A stretch of DNA of 64,000 bases from Zygnema circumcarinatum SAG 698-1b (lineage: Eukaryota > Plantae > Zygnematophyceae), in contig CM074815.1 of NCBI GenBank assembly GCA_037447605.1, forward strand, positions 1,736,001 through 1,800,000, in the 5' to 3' direction. The notes beneath the pieces are model-generated. The model was not told the DNA's origin. It saw nothing but the letters and a program-made list of their open reading frames with translations, and searched no databases. A program made the translations under genes and the position numbers. Below are positions 20,185 to 33,371 of the stretch, one piece after another (within the stretch, counting starts at the first letter, position 1; each line of letters opens with the position of its first letter).

Positions 20185-23100
20185 CTACTCCACAGCACTC
20201 AGTAGATGCATCGTGTCACCCTCATCTTCTTCTAGCGCATCTCCTCCCTCTGCGGTTGCTCCTAATAAGAATCTCATTGCCGCATCTGGATAAACGTCAC
20301 TGCAAGCACAGATTGACAACCACTCCGAGGCTTATCACACAATGAAAAGAAGGAACTGCTTCATGATCTCGTCCTGGAATTCGCCGATCATACAGAAGCA
20401 AATCAGTTTCTTTCCAGCCCGACTCTCGCCCCCAAAATTCTACTATAGTCAAGCTAACTGAATCCATGTAAGCTGTTGCGAGAATATTGAATGCATATAA
20501 ACTGTCATGAGTACTCCATATAAACTGTCGTCAGTACCCTGACTAAATGGAATTGCTTTCCACGGGAACATCGAGCTGGAGATAATGAATGGCTGACCTG
20601 TCTGGAGATTCCTCTTTGTCGATTAGGGTGATCTTCCTCGCAACAACTAGCTGCCAAAAATCAGCCAGTCCGGATGTATGGCACTTTGTGGCAAGAACTC
20701 GCAAAAAGCCATTGAACTCTGCAGGCTCCTGTTATGCATAACATAACAACGCTGTCATTGAGTGAACCTGGGCGGCTTTATTCTTATGCAGCAATCATGT
20801 CATTGGAGAGCTAACGACACCCACTTTACTATGGGCCAAGAGTTAACCTGCTCAGCAAAGCAAGTAACCCGCTAATAAACACCAGTTTTAATGCACGGAA
20901 ACAGACTTCCATCGGATCCATGCTCTTCTACATATATTGTTCACGGGTATAAATCTACATAATGTTGCAATGTTAAAAAGTCATGTCTCTCTCTTGAGTC
21001 GGGCAGGAGTCTCGTTTGTGCTGGGACTATCCACATAAACAAAAGCTCAATGCATGCAGGCAGTATGCAAGTAGGTAGTAGGTCTCCCCTTAGTGAAAAC
21101 TGCCTCACCTGCTGTATGACACAGCCTTCTCGGAGAGCGGCAAGGGCCAACAAAGCTTTTTGGTACGTGCTGCCTTTATAGGCTGAGCTCAAAAGCTCCT
21201 CTATTCGCTTCTTCATCCCACTAATAGCTTTGGGCAACCATTCCTCTCCATCGCGCCTCTCCAACATCGCCTTGAAATCCGATACTGGATTGGTAGCCCC
21301 CACCTCCTCTGGAAAGTCTCCTCCCTTTGTAAGACCATCCAATGAGATGTTCCTTGCGTCCTCTTCAGTGAGAGTCTCGCCCCCATTTCCTTCACTCGGT
21401 CTCGCAGCTTCCTCAATGTCTGCAAGACGTTCTCTCCAAAATCGCTTTCCCGCGTTGCCTTTCTGCAACAAGTTACATGAATAGTTCAGCATTGATAGAT
21501 CAAGAAGGGCTTCTGGAGAGGGTACAGATCGAATAGAAATATGACAGAGCTTGCGCAGAAGACCTGCGAGTATACGTCATTGGTCAATGGAGACAACAGG
21601 GTTTGAAGCCATGCTACAGTTAACACAACATCAGTGAAAAATCGCTGACTGATTTTCAGCTGAACCCTCCATGGACAAATAGCTGAGCCTGCTCTGATAA
21701 TGGACTTGCTTGGGAAAATGCATCGTAACGGTGGATTGCCGCTAATTGGAAAGCTAAAAAGAACTGCAACTACATGCTGACAGCATAGAACTTACCAATG
21801 ACCCGAGTAGACACAGAACACAGATTAGTTTTTAAACAGGGAAAAAAGGAACTCTTCGCCAATAAAGTGATAAGAGGTGGACTCAGTCCTTTCTGTAACT
21901 CAGTGCAGATGTGATCTAGCAATCAGTTGGTGATTGCAATGTGCATGGTAACATAAACTACTTCCGATACTCTCAACGTATACAACAGGAAGCATTCCAC
22001 TAGGATTAAAGGCAAACCTTTTCAGAAGGCAATAGAGAAAACGAGGATTGGAACGCTGCCATAGCTTCAGCCACAGCTTTAACATATTCGTGTGGTGGTT
22101 CTACCACTCTGCGGAGGTCTGCACTCAAGGGGGGTACTGGAGCCTTGGAATTGACAAACTTTTGATGCAAAAAATTGTAATACCTCTGCAAAGAGAAGAA
22201 CACGTAAAAGCGCCTTAAGCAGGCATGTATGTGCTTTGCATGACATGCTTTTCACATGACATCCTTTTCTTCTTAAGAGCTCTGTTCACATGTTCAAAGT
22301 TTGAAGTCCTGTGTGCCTTATGGATTTCAGCAGCCATCATTTTCCTGCCTGCAGCACGTAATGTTTCCAGCATGAGCGGGGATTGACCTGCAGTACGGGA
22401 TTTGGGGTGTTTTCTGGAAGGTAATCTTCCTCTCCCTCCTCCGATGTCAGATCCATGGACTGCACTAATTGCTCTGCAGCTGCAAGTTGGCTGGTGGATG
22501 GACGTTGATGTGCAGGTCTGTCTGAAAATGAGGGAAAAGTGGCATCCCTAAAATCTTCTGCAAACGGCAAAGTGTTGAGGTAGAACGAGTCAACCTGCGA
22601 GTGAGGATCACCATTTGTACAGTCACGTGAAGGATGCTGCTCATCAAGAAGGAACAACAACTTTTCCTTACTATCGACGATGTGGAACACTGCCTTCCCC
22701 TGGTGAGTAGTGCCCACTATAGGTATAGCTTCTAATGGATTCTATTGAGCAGGACGCATGCCCTCACAAGCTGCAGTGAAGCCAGTCTGCTACATGCACA
22801 ACCAAAATCATGGTAAAAGTTTGTTTGTTTTGTTTGTTTGTAGTTTGTAGTTTGTAGCCACTTAAAATCTGAAGCCTTACCAGAGTTGGATCGTCTGTCA
22901 AGCTGGGAGTTAGCACTCCCATGCTTACTCCAAGGTCCTCGCGGTTTATGAGCTTGAAGCGAACTACGGCAACCTCTTCTCTTGCATGAAGTGCGCGGGC
23001 AAGGGCAGACATGGCGGTTGCGGCCTTCTCATTTCCGGGCTCTGGGATGACAAGGTTCACATCCTTCATAAAATAATGCCTAGCAGACAAAAAGCCCACA

Positions 23101-26100
23101 CATCACACAAAAACACTCATTACAGGGCCTCACTTCAGCTTGAACAATTGCATGAAAGGGAGATGGAGATGATTGCAAGCTATAACCAATGCCAACACAT
23201 TTGCGCATGTCTCGCTTCATGCTCAGTCCTTCAGCTATAGCAAACTTAGCCACAATTTGAGCTTATCAACACCTTTGTCATTTTAGTCCTCTTAGCAACT
23301 TTATTGTTGGAGGTTATGGTCCTTAAAGTCTTGACCATGAAATAAATGGTAAACAACATGCATAAATATGCTTCACATGATCCATCCGAACCCGTTTCCT
23401 TACCAAAGTCCCGTTCGACTGACATTCACAGTCACACCCCAAATGCTTTATCCCATTTTAAAAGTAGAGGTTCCGGACTTCTGACAGCCTCATACTGTCC
23501 ACCGTTGGCAAGAGAATTCATACGAAATGACTGGGGTAGTACTGCAGTAACAGCGTAAAGCATATCCGGCTTTACAACAGCATCACAGATGCCAACAAGC
23601 TGGAAGGGAAAAGGAATGTCTAGGGACCCCACAGTTGCATTACCTCGGTATTGTTGCTCTGGAGGCAAACCCCACAAGTTTGAATCCCTTTTCAGCTCTG
23701 AACATGGCGGGTGCAGAGTCTAAGGAGGAGATAGGGACTAACGACTGGCCATAACGGTAAGCCTTTACTTGCTTGTCAGGTGGTACGGACACATCTGAAT
23801 CTGTCACGAGTTTGTACTCTCTCGCCATTTTCACCTGCCTTGTGGCCATGTTATCTCCTGCAGGCGCCTTGTCAGAGTAAAAGCTAAGGCTTGGAAATGA
23901 CTGCTGAAGGATTTTCTTGTAGGTCCATATCTGCAGACGGCAGACAAATGAGCAACGCATATAGTCAGAACATGTGCGCATACCATCCCAAACGATCCGG
24001 ACGACATTATACAACTCAGACGAGTGTAATTTACAGGACCTCACGTCTGCATCATCTCTGCCAGACATCATCCTTTGGCCAACCCTTTCCCTGCATAAGG
24101 AGGAGCTGGTCGAGTACATGCGTACGAGATATGTGTAATAAAGCTGAAACAGAGGTTTCGCTTATGGCTTCGAACATAAACATATATAAGCACATAGATA
24201 AAGCATGGCAAGACTACTATTCAGGTATGAAACTGTGAGGTTGGAGACAGGTAACAAAAACAAGAGACAACATCCGTTTTTTAAGAAACAGTGGATACAA
24301 AATCAGGGTGAAAACATGAGCAATTATGTTTAGACATTGATTTCTGCCTGGATAGTATCGTATCGGTCACATAAGGATCACTTAAAATGGCTCGCGTGTA
24401 ACTTTCAGAGGCTTCAGGGGCAAACTGGTTCTATTTAAGATGTCGTGGTATATTGCTGCAGTAGTCACAAGTGGAAGGAAAATGAACCTATGCTGACCCT
24501 CGGCATTCCAAAGCCATAAACCTGATGGATAAGACGCCAAGTTCTCAAAAATATTCCTTTCATCATTAAGACTTACTGAACTTAAACAATAACCAAAGGT
24601 CCACTGGTGCAGTCCCCTGTCCAACATTGGACAACATAGCTCCAAGCCTATATGCAGAGAATCCGCAAGCAAACTATAGTGATGAACCACTTATTGTTGT
24701 TATAAGCCCTAGCTCATGAAACACCATGGCAAAGTGAGTGCTCTCACCTTAATGGACATCGATGGAGTAAGTTCAAGCTCCCCCCTATACGAAGTTACAG
24801 GCGTAGTTCTGGGCTTGATCCTGTTGAAGAGTGCCTCCACTTTTGTGACAGTTTTGATCTTTCCAAACGACTTAGTTACGAGTCTGCTCAAATAGGATTC
24901 ATTCTCAAGAATCAGACTGAAACAGTGGGGTGGCATCTTCTCTTGGCGGATAAGGATAACATCGACTTTAATCCCCTGCTGATCTAACTTCTCTGCTAGG
25001 AGGTCAATCTGGTCCTCCATTGTTGCTGGTTCCTCGGGAGGCTCTAAGGCGGAAGCAGCATTGGTCATGAGCCAAATGCGTTTATTGCCCTTTTTCATAC
25101 GACCCTTCGCCTTCATCATCGCATCCATCCCGACCACAAGACCATTCAAAACTGACAGCGGAGTTAAGGAAACCATTTTAAAGTTGCTTGAACAATTCAC
25201 TACACAATGTAATCGAAATCTGCCCGTGGCGCCTCTCACATTCAACAGAAATTGGATACAAGCCGCATAATATCTGATCGAATCGGCAACCGGTTTGGGA
25301 GATAGCCTAACTTTGCTTGTACGGACTAAATAACGACAGGTTGACCCGCTTTGAGACGGTGATTAGAAGACAAGCTTTTAAGGTGGTTATGCGTGCAAAA
25401 ATGTGAAGAAGCTTTATGAAGACAAACTGCGCATTTTGACATGAATGTTTCCCACTATGGATGGGTACATCAGGCCAAAACAAAATGCTTAAGAAAGTGG
25501 GATGCACCCACCATGCACATCTTGAAACTTCTGCGATCAAAATTTCGAATTGAAGCTTCGCTGTAGAGTTCGTTTGGTTCGCAGTACAAAAAAACCATCA
25601 GCAATTGGGGTCACTATGCAGTAGAGCTTCGTGAGGCTGCTCTGGGTCAATTCATTGAATCAGTATACAATCTCCTGGCGCACGTCCTCCCTTGATCTTC
25701 TGCAGAGTACCAAAGATATTTTCATCCAAATACTTGACAGGACGAAGAACCGAAACATTCTCGTAGCCTCCTTTCAGTTCTGCATTCAAATCGTTTTTCG
25801 TTTCTGCAGACAGAGACGGCTCATCAACTAAGATGCTTCTCCTCCCAAGTTGCAGGTTTTTTAACCCTAACAAATTTTCAGTGCTTGAAGACTACTATGC
25901 CCTCAGACTTTGAAGCACTTGTTGAACCAACCTGAATTCTTTAATCGCCTCCATTCCTTCCCTTCAAAGGCATGAAAAGTGGTGAAGAAACTCACCGTTA
26001 CTCCCAAACAAGACGAGCGAAACTTCGTCTTTAGGATTAAACACCAGCTGCATCCATGCAGATGAACACTATAAAATAAGAAGCGGCAATTATAGTGCAG

Positions 26101-26665
26101 GAGAACTCAGGCACCTCAGTCAAGAGTATAAAGGAACACCTAGTAATCAGAGAAATAACTACGCCTCTCAACATACTGCTGAGGGGGCTCGCCATAAAAT
26201 GCCTGAAGTGAACCTAGCAACAACTGCTTTGCCATGTGCAGATGATCGGCATGCTGGCAATATAGTTGAAATGATAAAGGTTCCGCAATTCTATCCAGCT
26301 TGAGGGGATTCGGAGGAAAAAAAGGGACGTGCACTTAATAATTCAATACTTTCCAAAGGTCAAACTCTTTGCCTAGAAGACAGCGCACAGTTGCCCTGCT
26401 GTGCATGCAGGCTTGCCAGCGGCGCGTACCTTCTGAGTCATGTGTTCCCTCACAACACGTACTACGTCCGCAAGGCACGTCCGCATGGAGGGGCTCACGT
26501 CCAGCAGCACGATCAAAGTCTCCTGCGAAGTCAACCTCCGCTCCGCCGTCAATCCGCATTGCAGCAGAGCAGAGATGAGGCAGCTCCCTGCGCCGTATCC
26601 AGATGCACCACAGAGCAGGTGCCACTCACTGCGTTTCTCGGTGTCAGCGTGGCGAGCTCGGCCAT
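20185..26665 (-). CDS. KU80: Ku80 (XRCC5) NHEJ subunit, multi-exon
   Basis: Exons ETLIVLLDVSPSM, LVFNPKDEVSLVLFG, GGYENVSVLR, PVTSYRGELELTPSMSIKV, YSDKAP, KAYRYG, RHYFMKDVNLVIPEP, DSFYLNTLPFAEDFR, TPNPVLQ, NPVSDFKAML and EPAEFNGFL...KITLI; ATG at 26665, TAG at 20187-20185. Confidence 0.95.
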
Positions 26666-27319
26666 GGCGTCGCCTCTCCCTCCACTTTTCTCTCCCTTCC
26701 TCCCTTCCCTTTCTGCTTGGAACAAAGCACCTCTCCCTTTTCCTCCCCTTTCGCATTCTTGCCCAAAACGACCAATATTGGAGCCACCATCCAATAGCGA
26801 CTCGCCACGTGTACACATTTGTGACACGTCGTCAGCAGACGTGTACGAACTTTATCGAAAGTACGCTTTTTGGTCTCCCTTATGGATTTTGATGGCGGGG
26901 TCACCCGCAACAATTTTGATAAAGTCATGCAATATCGGTATCGACGTACAGTGAATATCGGTATCCGGCATAACGATATTTTGAGATATGTCCGATACGG
27001 GTGGGCCCTGCCACGGCGCCATCCAGTCAGCCTCTTTGCCCTATCTGCCCCCCTCTCCGCTCCAGCACAGGAGGAGGCAGGAGGGCAGAGCCGCCATGGC
27101 TGCATGCTGAAGCCTCAAGGAGCTTGAGGCTTCAAGGCTCGAAGGGCTTGAAATAGTATTGTCTAGCTTAGGAGGTTGGGGATCACGGTGCGAGCCGCGG
27201 GCGGAAGAATGAAGGAAGAAGCAGGAAGGGAGGCTCTTGTTGTGTGGCTATTGGCTGCGGGTGATTGTTGAGTGTTGGGAAACAGAGTTTGCTTGAAGGA
27301 ATTGGGAATTAAATCAGTC

Positions 27320-30300
27320 ATGGAGTCTTCGGGAGATGCAGCTTTGGACCTTTTCAAGATTGGTCCCACAACAACCTATGGTCGGTTGGTAGCCGTGCAA
27401 GTCTTGTTCTGCAATCACTTCCGGCAGTTACTTTTAGCCCTTCGCTCTCGTGCAATAGACCGCCTTATGCAGCTGGAGAAGCTACTACTGTTTGTAGTCG
27501 GAGTATTCCGCAAATGGCTCAACCCGCAGAGTCCCAATTTCCTTCTTGGTTCCATATTGCTGGCAGCTTTGCTGCTTAGAAGATACAGGCTGCGTTCCAT
27601 CAAAGCTGAAATTGCTATGCGGAAGAAATTCTGGTCAAATTTAATGAAATCAGCGACAACTTACGACGAATGGGCACATGCAGCTGCAATGCTTGACAAG
27701 TACACTGGAAGAAAGCAGGTACGTGATTTTTATCGCGTGAATGAATCACCCTTTACATTTCCAAGGAGAGATTTGATTGACCACCAAACCATTGCCATCA
27801 CCACCGTTTCGTCCGGTCAACAACTCTTCATGAGAAAACGAATAGCTTTCCCATGCAGCGGCTTTATTGAGAGATGGCGCAGGAGGTTACAGTAGGCCGA
27901 ATAGAGGTTTTTTTTTTGCAGTGGCTCTGCCAGGTTAGAGCTATCAATTTTAGCCGGAAAAGGTCCAACCTTTGATGGATGCAATGGCACTGTGAAACTC
28001 AGACTTTATCAACTTGCTTGATTCGTCTAAAAAATGCCAAATTTCCACTATCGGGTAAATAGTAATTGAACGTGAGCCCCTGAGAACCATTGCTTCGTAC
28101 TAATAAATGTGTTTGCAACTACTGCTCAGGATTCTGATTTGTATGATGAGGACCTAGTACGAGAGAAGCTTGAAGAGCTTCAGCATCGGCGACTGGAGGG
28201 AGGTGTGGAAGAGATTGCATTTGCCTTGAGAACGGACCTAGTGCGCAACTTGGGTAATATGTGCAATCCGGAACTGCATAAAGGTCGTCTACAGGTGCGG
28301 TTCAGCTAGTTTTGCGGACCCGATTTGCTTCATGCTTGCTCTGGTGAAGTTTCTTTCATGTGTTCATTCTTATACTTCTCAACTTTCTATGGGGTGCAGA
28401 CACCTCGCATCATTCAGGAGTACATTAACGAGGTTCGATATCAATTGCGAGCAGTGGTGGAGACTGACAGTGAGGATTTCCCCCTGGAAGAGAAGTTGGC
28501 CTTTATTCATGAAACGCGTCATGCATTTGGAAGAACGGCATTGCTATTGAGTGGTGGCGCAGCCTTGGGAGCATTCCATCTTGGAGTAGTTCGGACATTG
28601 ATTGAGCATAAACTTCTGCCTCGAATTATAGCGGGCGCTAGTGTAGGTTCCATTATTTGCTCTTTTGCTGCAACTCGTACATGGAATGAGCTGCAATGCT
28701 TTTTCGACGATCCAATGCCACCAATGCACTTTTTTGAGGAAATGGGCAGCATTGTTGCAACTGCACATCGCTTGTTGACAAGAGGAGCTATTCACGAGAT
28801 CAGCCTCCTTCAAAGAAAAATGCGTCAGCTTATTGGCGACTTGACATTTCAGGAGGCATTTGATCTTTCAGGTAAGTCGTACCCCTTAAGCAATACCATT
28901 GGCTGCCCGAAAACGATTTTTTTTTAGACAGCGCATTTTTCTTTCCTCAGTGGGAAGGTTATGGCCTTTTTGAACGCTTCAAAACTGCAAGGTAGATAGG
29001 TTTTGATCCAAACCCGTCTGTCAACGTTAACTCGTTTCATCTTCTGCCATCTCCACCAATCCTTGATGTCGTTTTTGACAGGTCGCGTCTTGGGAATAAC
29101 TGTGAGTTCCATGCGCCGACATGAGCAACCGAGGCTCCTTAACTACCTCACGTCACCGCATGTGGTAATTTGGAGTGCTGTTACTGCATCGTGTGCATTT
29201 CCAGGCCTTTTTGAAGCACAAGAGTTGATGGCCAAAGATAGACATGGACGACTAGTCCCTTATCATGTCCCGGCACAGGTATACATCTATCCTTTCTGAT
29301 ATATGCAGACAGATTTCGGAGGGATATGTCCAATGAGATCAAAGGAATTTCTAAGCGTTTCATGGGTTTCAATGCCATATGTATAGTTAGTTAGTTAACT
29401 ACTAACTAACTATATGTAGTTAGTGGCAGATTGCAGCCATACTTGATGACTCATTCACATTTATGGGAAGTACAGGTCGGTCCTGAAAAGCCCAGCCTAG
29501 TTGGCAAGCGACACTGGAGAGATGGGAGCCTTGATTGTGACCTTCCAATCAAGGAGTTGAAGGAGCTTTTCAATGTCAACCACTATATCGTTTCTCAGGC
29601 CAACCCCCACATAGCCCCTCTTCTCCGAATTAAGGATGCTTTCCGTGTTTGGGGTGGAAGCACTGCCGCAAAGGTATGTCTAGAATTAAGGGTCGTGCTT
29701 ATGCTTGAATACACCTGAAAGCAACCCGCGTCTGTGTGGTTTGCTCCATGGTTCCTCCGTTACGCCTTCGTTTTTTAAACTGAAACAATTAGGAAGAAGG
29801 AAACTTTTTGATCTGGGGTGCCTGCATTTAGTCTCCAGGGCAGTAATTTATGACTGAAGTACTGCTGGTGGGTAATGGCTGTGTGCAGTTGGCTCATTTG
29901 GCTGAAATGGAGGTCAAGCACAGGTGCAATCAGGCACTTGAAATGGGATGGCGATTCGGTGGTTTAGCAAAATTGTTTGCTCAACACTGGGAAGGCGATG
30001 TCACTATTGTAATGCCGGCCACTGTTGCGCAGGTAAGACAATATCTTTTTAGAACCATCTCCTTGGAGAGCGAGTAATGCTCAGATGTGCGCCATGTGCA
30101 GTTGGCATTCTTTGCCCTCCCTTTCCTAAGCTTCATGACCTGTGGGAGCTATGTTCCTGAAAAACTTGTGTGTTATTGCTTTGGTTTCAATCTGCTAATG
30201 TGCAGTTTGCCAAAATGATAACGAACCCAACCCCCCCGGAACTGAGGAAGGCGGTAATGCAAGGTCGACGATGCACTTGGGCGAAGCTGAGTGCCATTCA

Positions 30301-31824
30301 GGCCAACTGCGATATTGAGCTTATGCTAGACGAATGCGTTTCAGAACTCAATAGGAGGCGCAAAATTGCAAGAGAGGCTGAGCGGCATGGGGATGCTAGT
30401 CGGAGTGGTCGGTTTAATCTTGGCACAAAACGAATTCCTTCTTGGAACTGCATGGCCCGTGAGAGTTCGTGGGGTTCACTCGATGAGGATGGCATGCAGG
30501 ATGCACTTCAGAATGGACCTTGGGCAGGCCCTATTCACACTCACAGAGGTTCTAAATTCTCCCGAGGAAATCATGATGGGAGTGATAGTGATAGTGGCAC
30601 TGATAATGCTGAACTCAACCAGTTGTCATGGACCCGAGCAGGAGGGCCACTTATGCGCACTGCATCAGCGGCGAGGTTAGCTTTGCTTGGCCTACAAGGT
30701 GGGGATGAACATGGGGACTTAATGGAGGGGGGGGAGGGGTCGGGGCTTGGTTCCAAAGGAGAAGAAACTGCAGATTCTGAGACTCCCAAGGGCACAAGTA
30801 GCAAGCTGTTCCATATGGGAAGGTACACCATTCTTCACTACACTGATTTATGTCAACCAGTTAGTGTCTCAAGAGCAGGCGAAGAAGTTGCAGTCTGTCC
30901 GAAGCACTTATTCATTCTATTCTGCGTGTATTCTGATGATAATTGCCAGTATGTCCAGTGTGAATTGACTAAGGCTGAAAGTTCATTAAATGTGATGGTA
31001 GCACACTTATTCTGTACTGCGCAGATGCTGTTGGTAGTGAGTTTAAATATGCTCAACTTTGTGTGCGCAGTGGGTCCTTTTCTGATTCGCGCCTACCTTT
31101 CCGCAGTCGAATTTGGGAGCGTATCACAAGCCCAGTCTCTCCAGCTGGACAAGCTACCCTACTCACCCCTCGCATAGAGGACTCACACGTTCGTTTGGAC
31201 GACCAGGAAGAGAGTGATGCTGAAGAGAAAAGTTTTGGCTTAGCCATGCGTAGTGGATTAAGAAAGTCGCCTCATTCCTCATCAGAAGCCCTAGATGGCC
31301 TGGCAAGGCAAGTGGGGAGGGGTTCTTCGAGTGGAAGAAAGCATTTCATTGGCCAAAGAGACACCTTAGAGGTGGGAGAGGGTGATGATGACACAGTAAG
31401 GGGTGGGAAGAAAGCCGCTGCTGTATTGAAGGCAGGTTGGGGTGGGAGAGATAGCAATGGAGGACCCTCCAAACGCGCGGAGCCGGATATTGCTCAGTTA
31501 CGGCCTACTTCTAGCAGCGGGAGTGAGGAATGCGCTGAAGCTTCAAGGAAAGAGTCTGCGACGAGTCAAGTTGAGAATAGACACAGCAGCAGGGAAAATG
31601 CCTCTGCAGCTAATAGTGCTGTCGCTGAGCGTCAGCTTCGGGAAATGCTGACTGCTCGAATGCAGAACGAGCAGGTGGATGGGATGTCAGACAACACAGC
31701 GATGCCGGGCGATACACAGTGGTCAGGGGCCGGGAAGAGGAGTCCCTTTGGCTCCTTTGTTTCGCGGGCAAGCTCACAGAATGGTACTGTAGAGCGTGGC
31801 CGCCCCTCCGAACCCTCTCATTGA
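27320..31824 (+). CDS. SDP1: Patatin-domain triacylglycerol lipase (SDP1/SDP1-like), multi-exon
   Basis: N-terminus [18 protein letters not shown]; [23 protein letters not shown]; oxyanion loop LSGGAALG; GxSxG as IAGASVGS; WRDGSL; [11 protein letters not shown]; long low-complexity C-terminus. Confidence 0.95.
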
Positions 31825-33371
31825 TGTCGTTCGGTAGGCAACAAGCACCATCTCCCTGCGCCTCACATCCCTTTTTTGTGCGTGCAGTTTGCATTCCACG
31901 CATCGCATGTCTCTGCATCAGGTTTCCTCATAGTTCATTCATCGCGGCGTCCTTCCTTCTTTACCATTCGCTTGAGCACCCTGCATGGTGCCATAGGCAT
32001 GGGCTGGGCAGGCACGGGTGACACTAAATTTGTCTGGCTATCTGTGCTTGGCAATACCAGGAATGGTCCTCTGATCATGTAAAACTCACCGAGGGCCCCT
32101 CGAAACCCTATCCTCCATCTTCACATCCAAGAGCTCGACAACAACATGAATGAGGAAAGCCCCAGCAGGTAGAGCCGCAGTGGTAGGGTCGTTGTTCATA
32201 TGATTAGTGTAGGACCTTTACACCACTGTGGAGTAGACCCTATAGATTGAAAGTCACGGACAACTAGCTGGGTGGGACTTTCCTCACTCGCCTTCTAAGC
32301 ACGACGAGGGTGTTGGGACAATTCTTTCAGTTCTCGGATGATTTGTACGTTGTTACGTTGCCAAATTCCATCAAGGCGTCAATGAACATCGTGAAGGCGG
32401 GTGAGCAAGAAGATATTTTTGAAATGTGTTGTTTAACAGGGCTGGCAGATTCTATACAAGTTTTGATCATGAGAAACGCCTCTGCTGTAGCTTACAGTGC
32501 CTAGTCTGCATTTTGTTAGTGAGAGAATTGACTGAGCACTTCCGGCTGGTCATATCGGCCAATACGGCATTACTTGGCTTTCATGGCGTCGCCATCGTGA
32601 CGCCACTTGTTCCACTTCCGCCCCTTGTTTCACTTCCGCCCGCTCCTACTCGTTTTAAAAATGGCCACTGACGATGTTAAGAAGTGTGTCTCATTCTCAA
32701 TTTCATTCACCGTGTTCTTATTGAACTCCCAGAACTGCCACAACCTTTCCCCAGAACTGCATCGATAAAATAAGACACCTGAATGAAATGCAGCTTGCAT
32801 CTCTGTAAGTGCCACCTGGTCCAGACCACGGATAACTTGCCAGCGAGAAAAGGGAAAGAGTGATATTTCGAGTTTTTTCCAATATTGTTATCCACTTTCT
32901 GTGTAGCCTTCACTTCGGGAGTCCTCTCAACAGTTCTTGAACAGTTACTGTTCTTGTTCTGGGCGTGTCGTCAGGCTTGTCTGCATGCTAAAGTATTCAA
33001 TATACTGTCTCCCTCCAGTTTGTCCTCCCTCTCGTTTGCTGTATTCTCTCCCATGCTCCTTCCCTTCCCTCCTCCCACTACCCGTATTCAAGACCCTACA
33101 TGACATTGGTACACACTCGAACGCCTTTTTTTTTTGGAAGGAGGGGGGCCAATGCGACCATGAATGCAGCAATTCGCCACCCTGACTTAGATTTCTAACA
33201 ATTCTCTTCATGAAGTTAAGGGTTTAAATGACCGCAGGCAAGAAAGGTGACAAGAAAAGTAGCCTTTCTAAGTGCTATCATATGAACTGGCAAAAAGAAT
33301 TCTACGTACTTTGCACTGAAATGGAAAAACAATTAAAATTATGACCTCTGTAGAATGGAAGGCAAAGGCCA

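Noticed and set aside
32550-33200. Promoter-like stretch (CACTTCCGCC twice, AAAATGGC) between convergent genes
   Set aside because: No ORF, RNA gene or termini could be tied to it.
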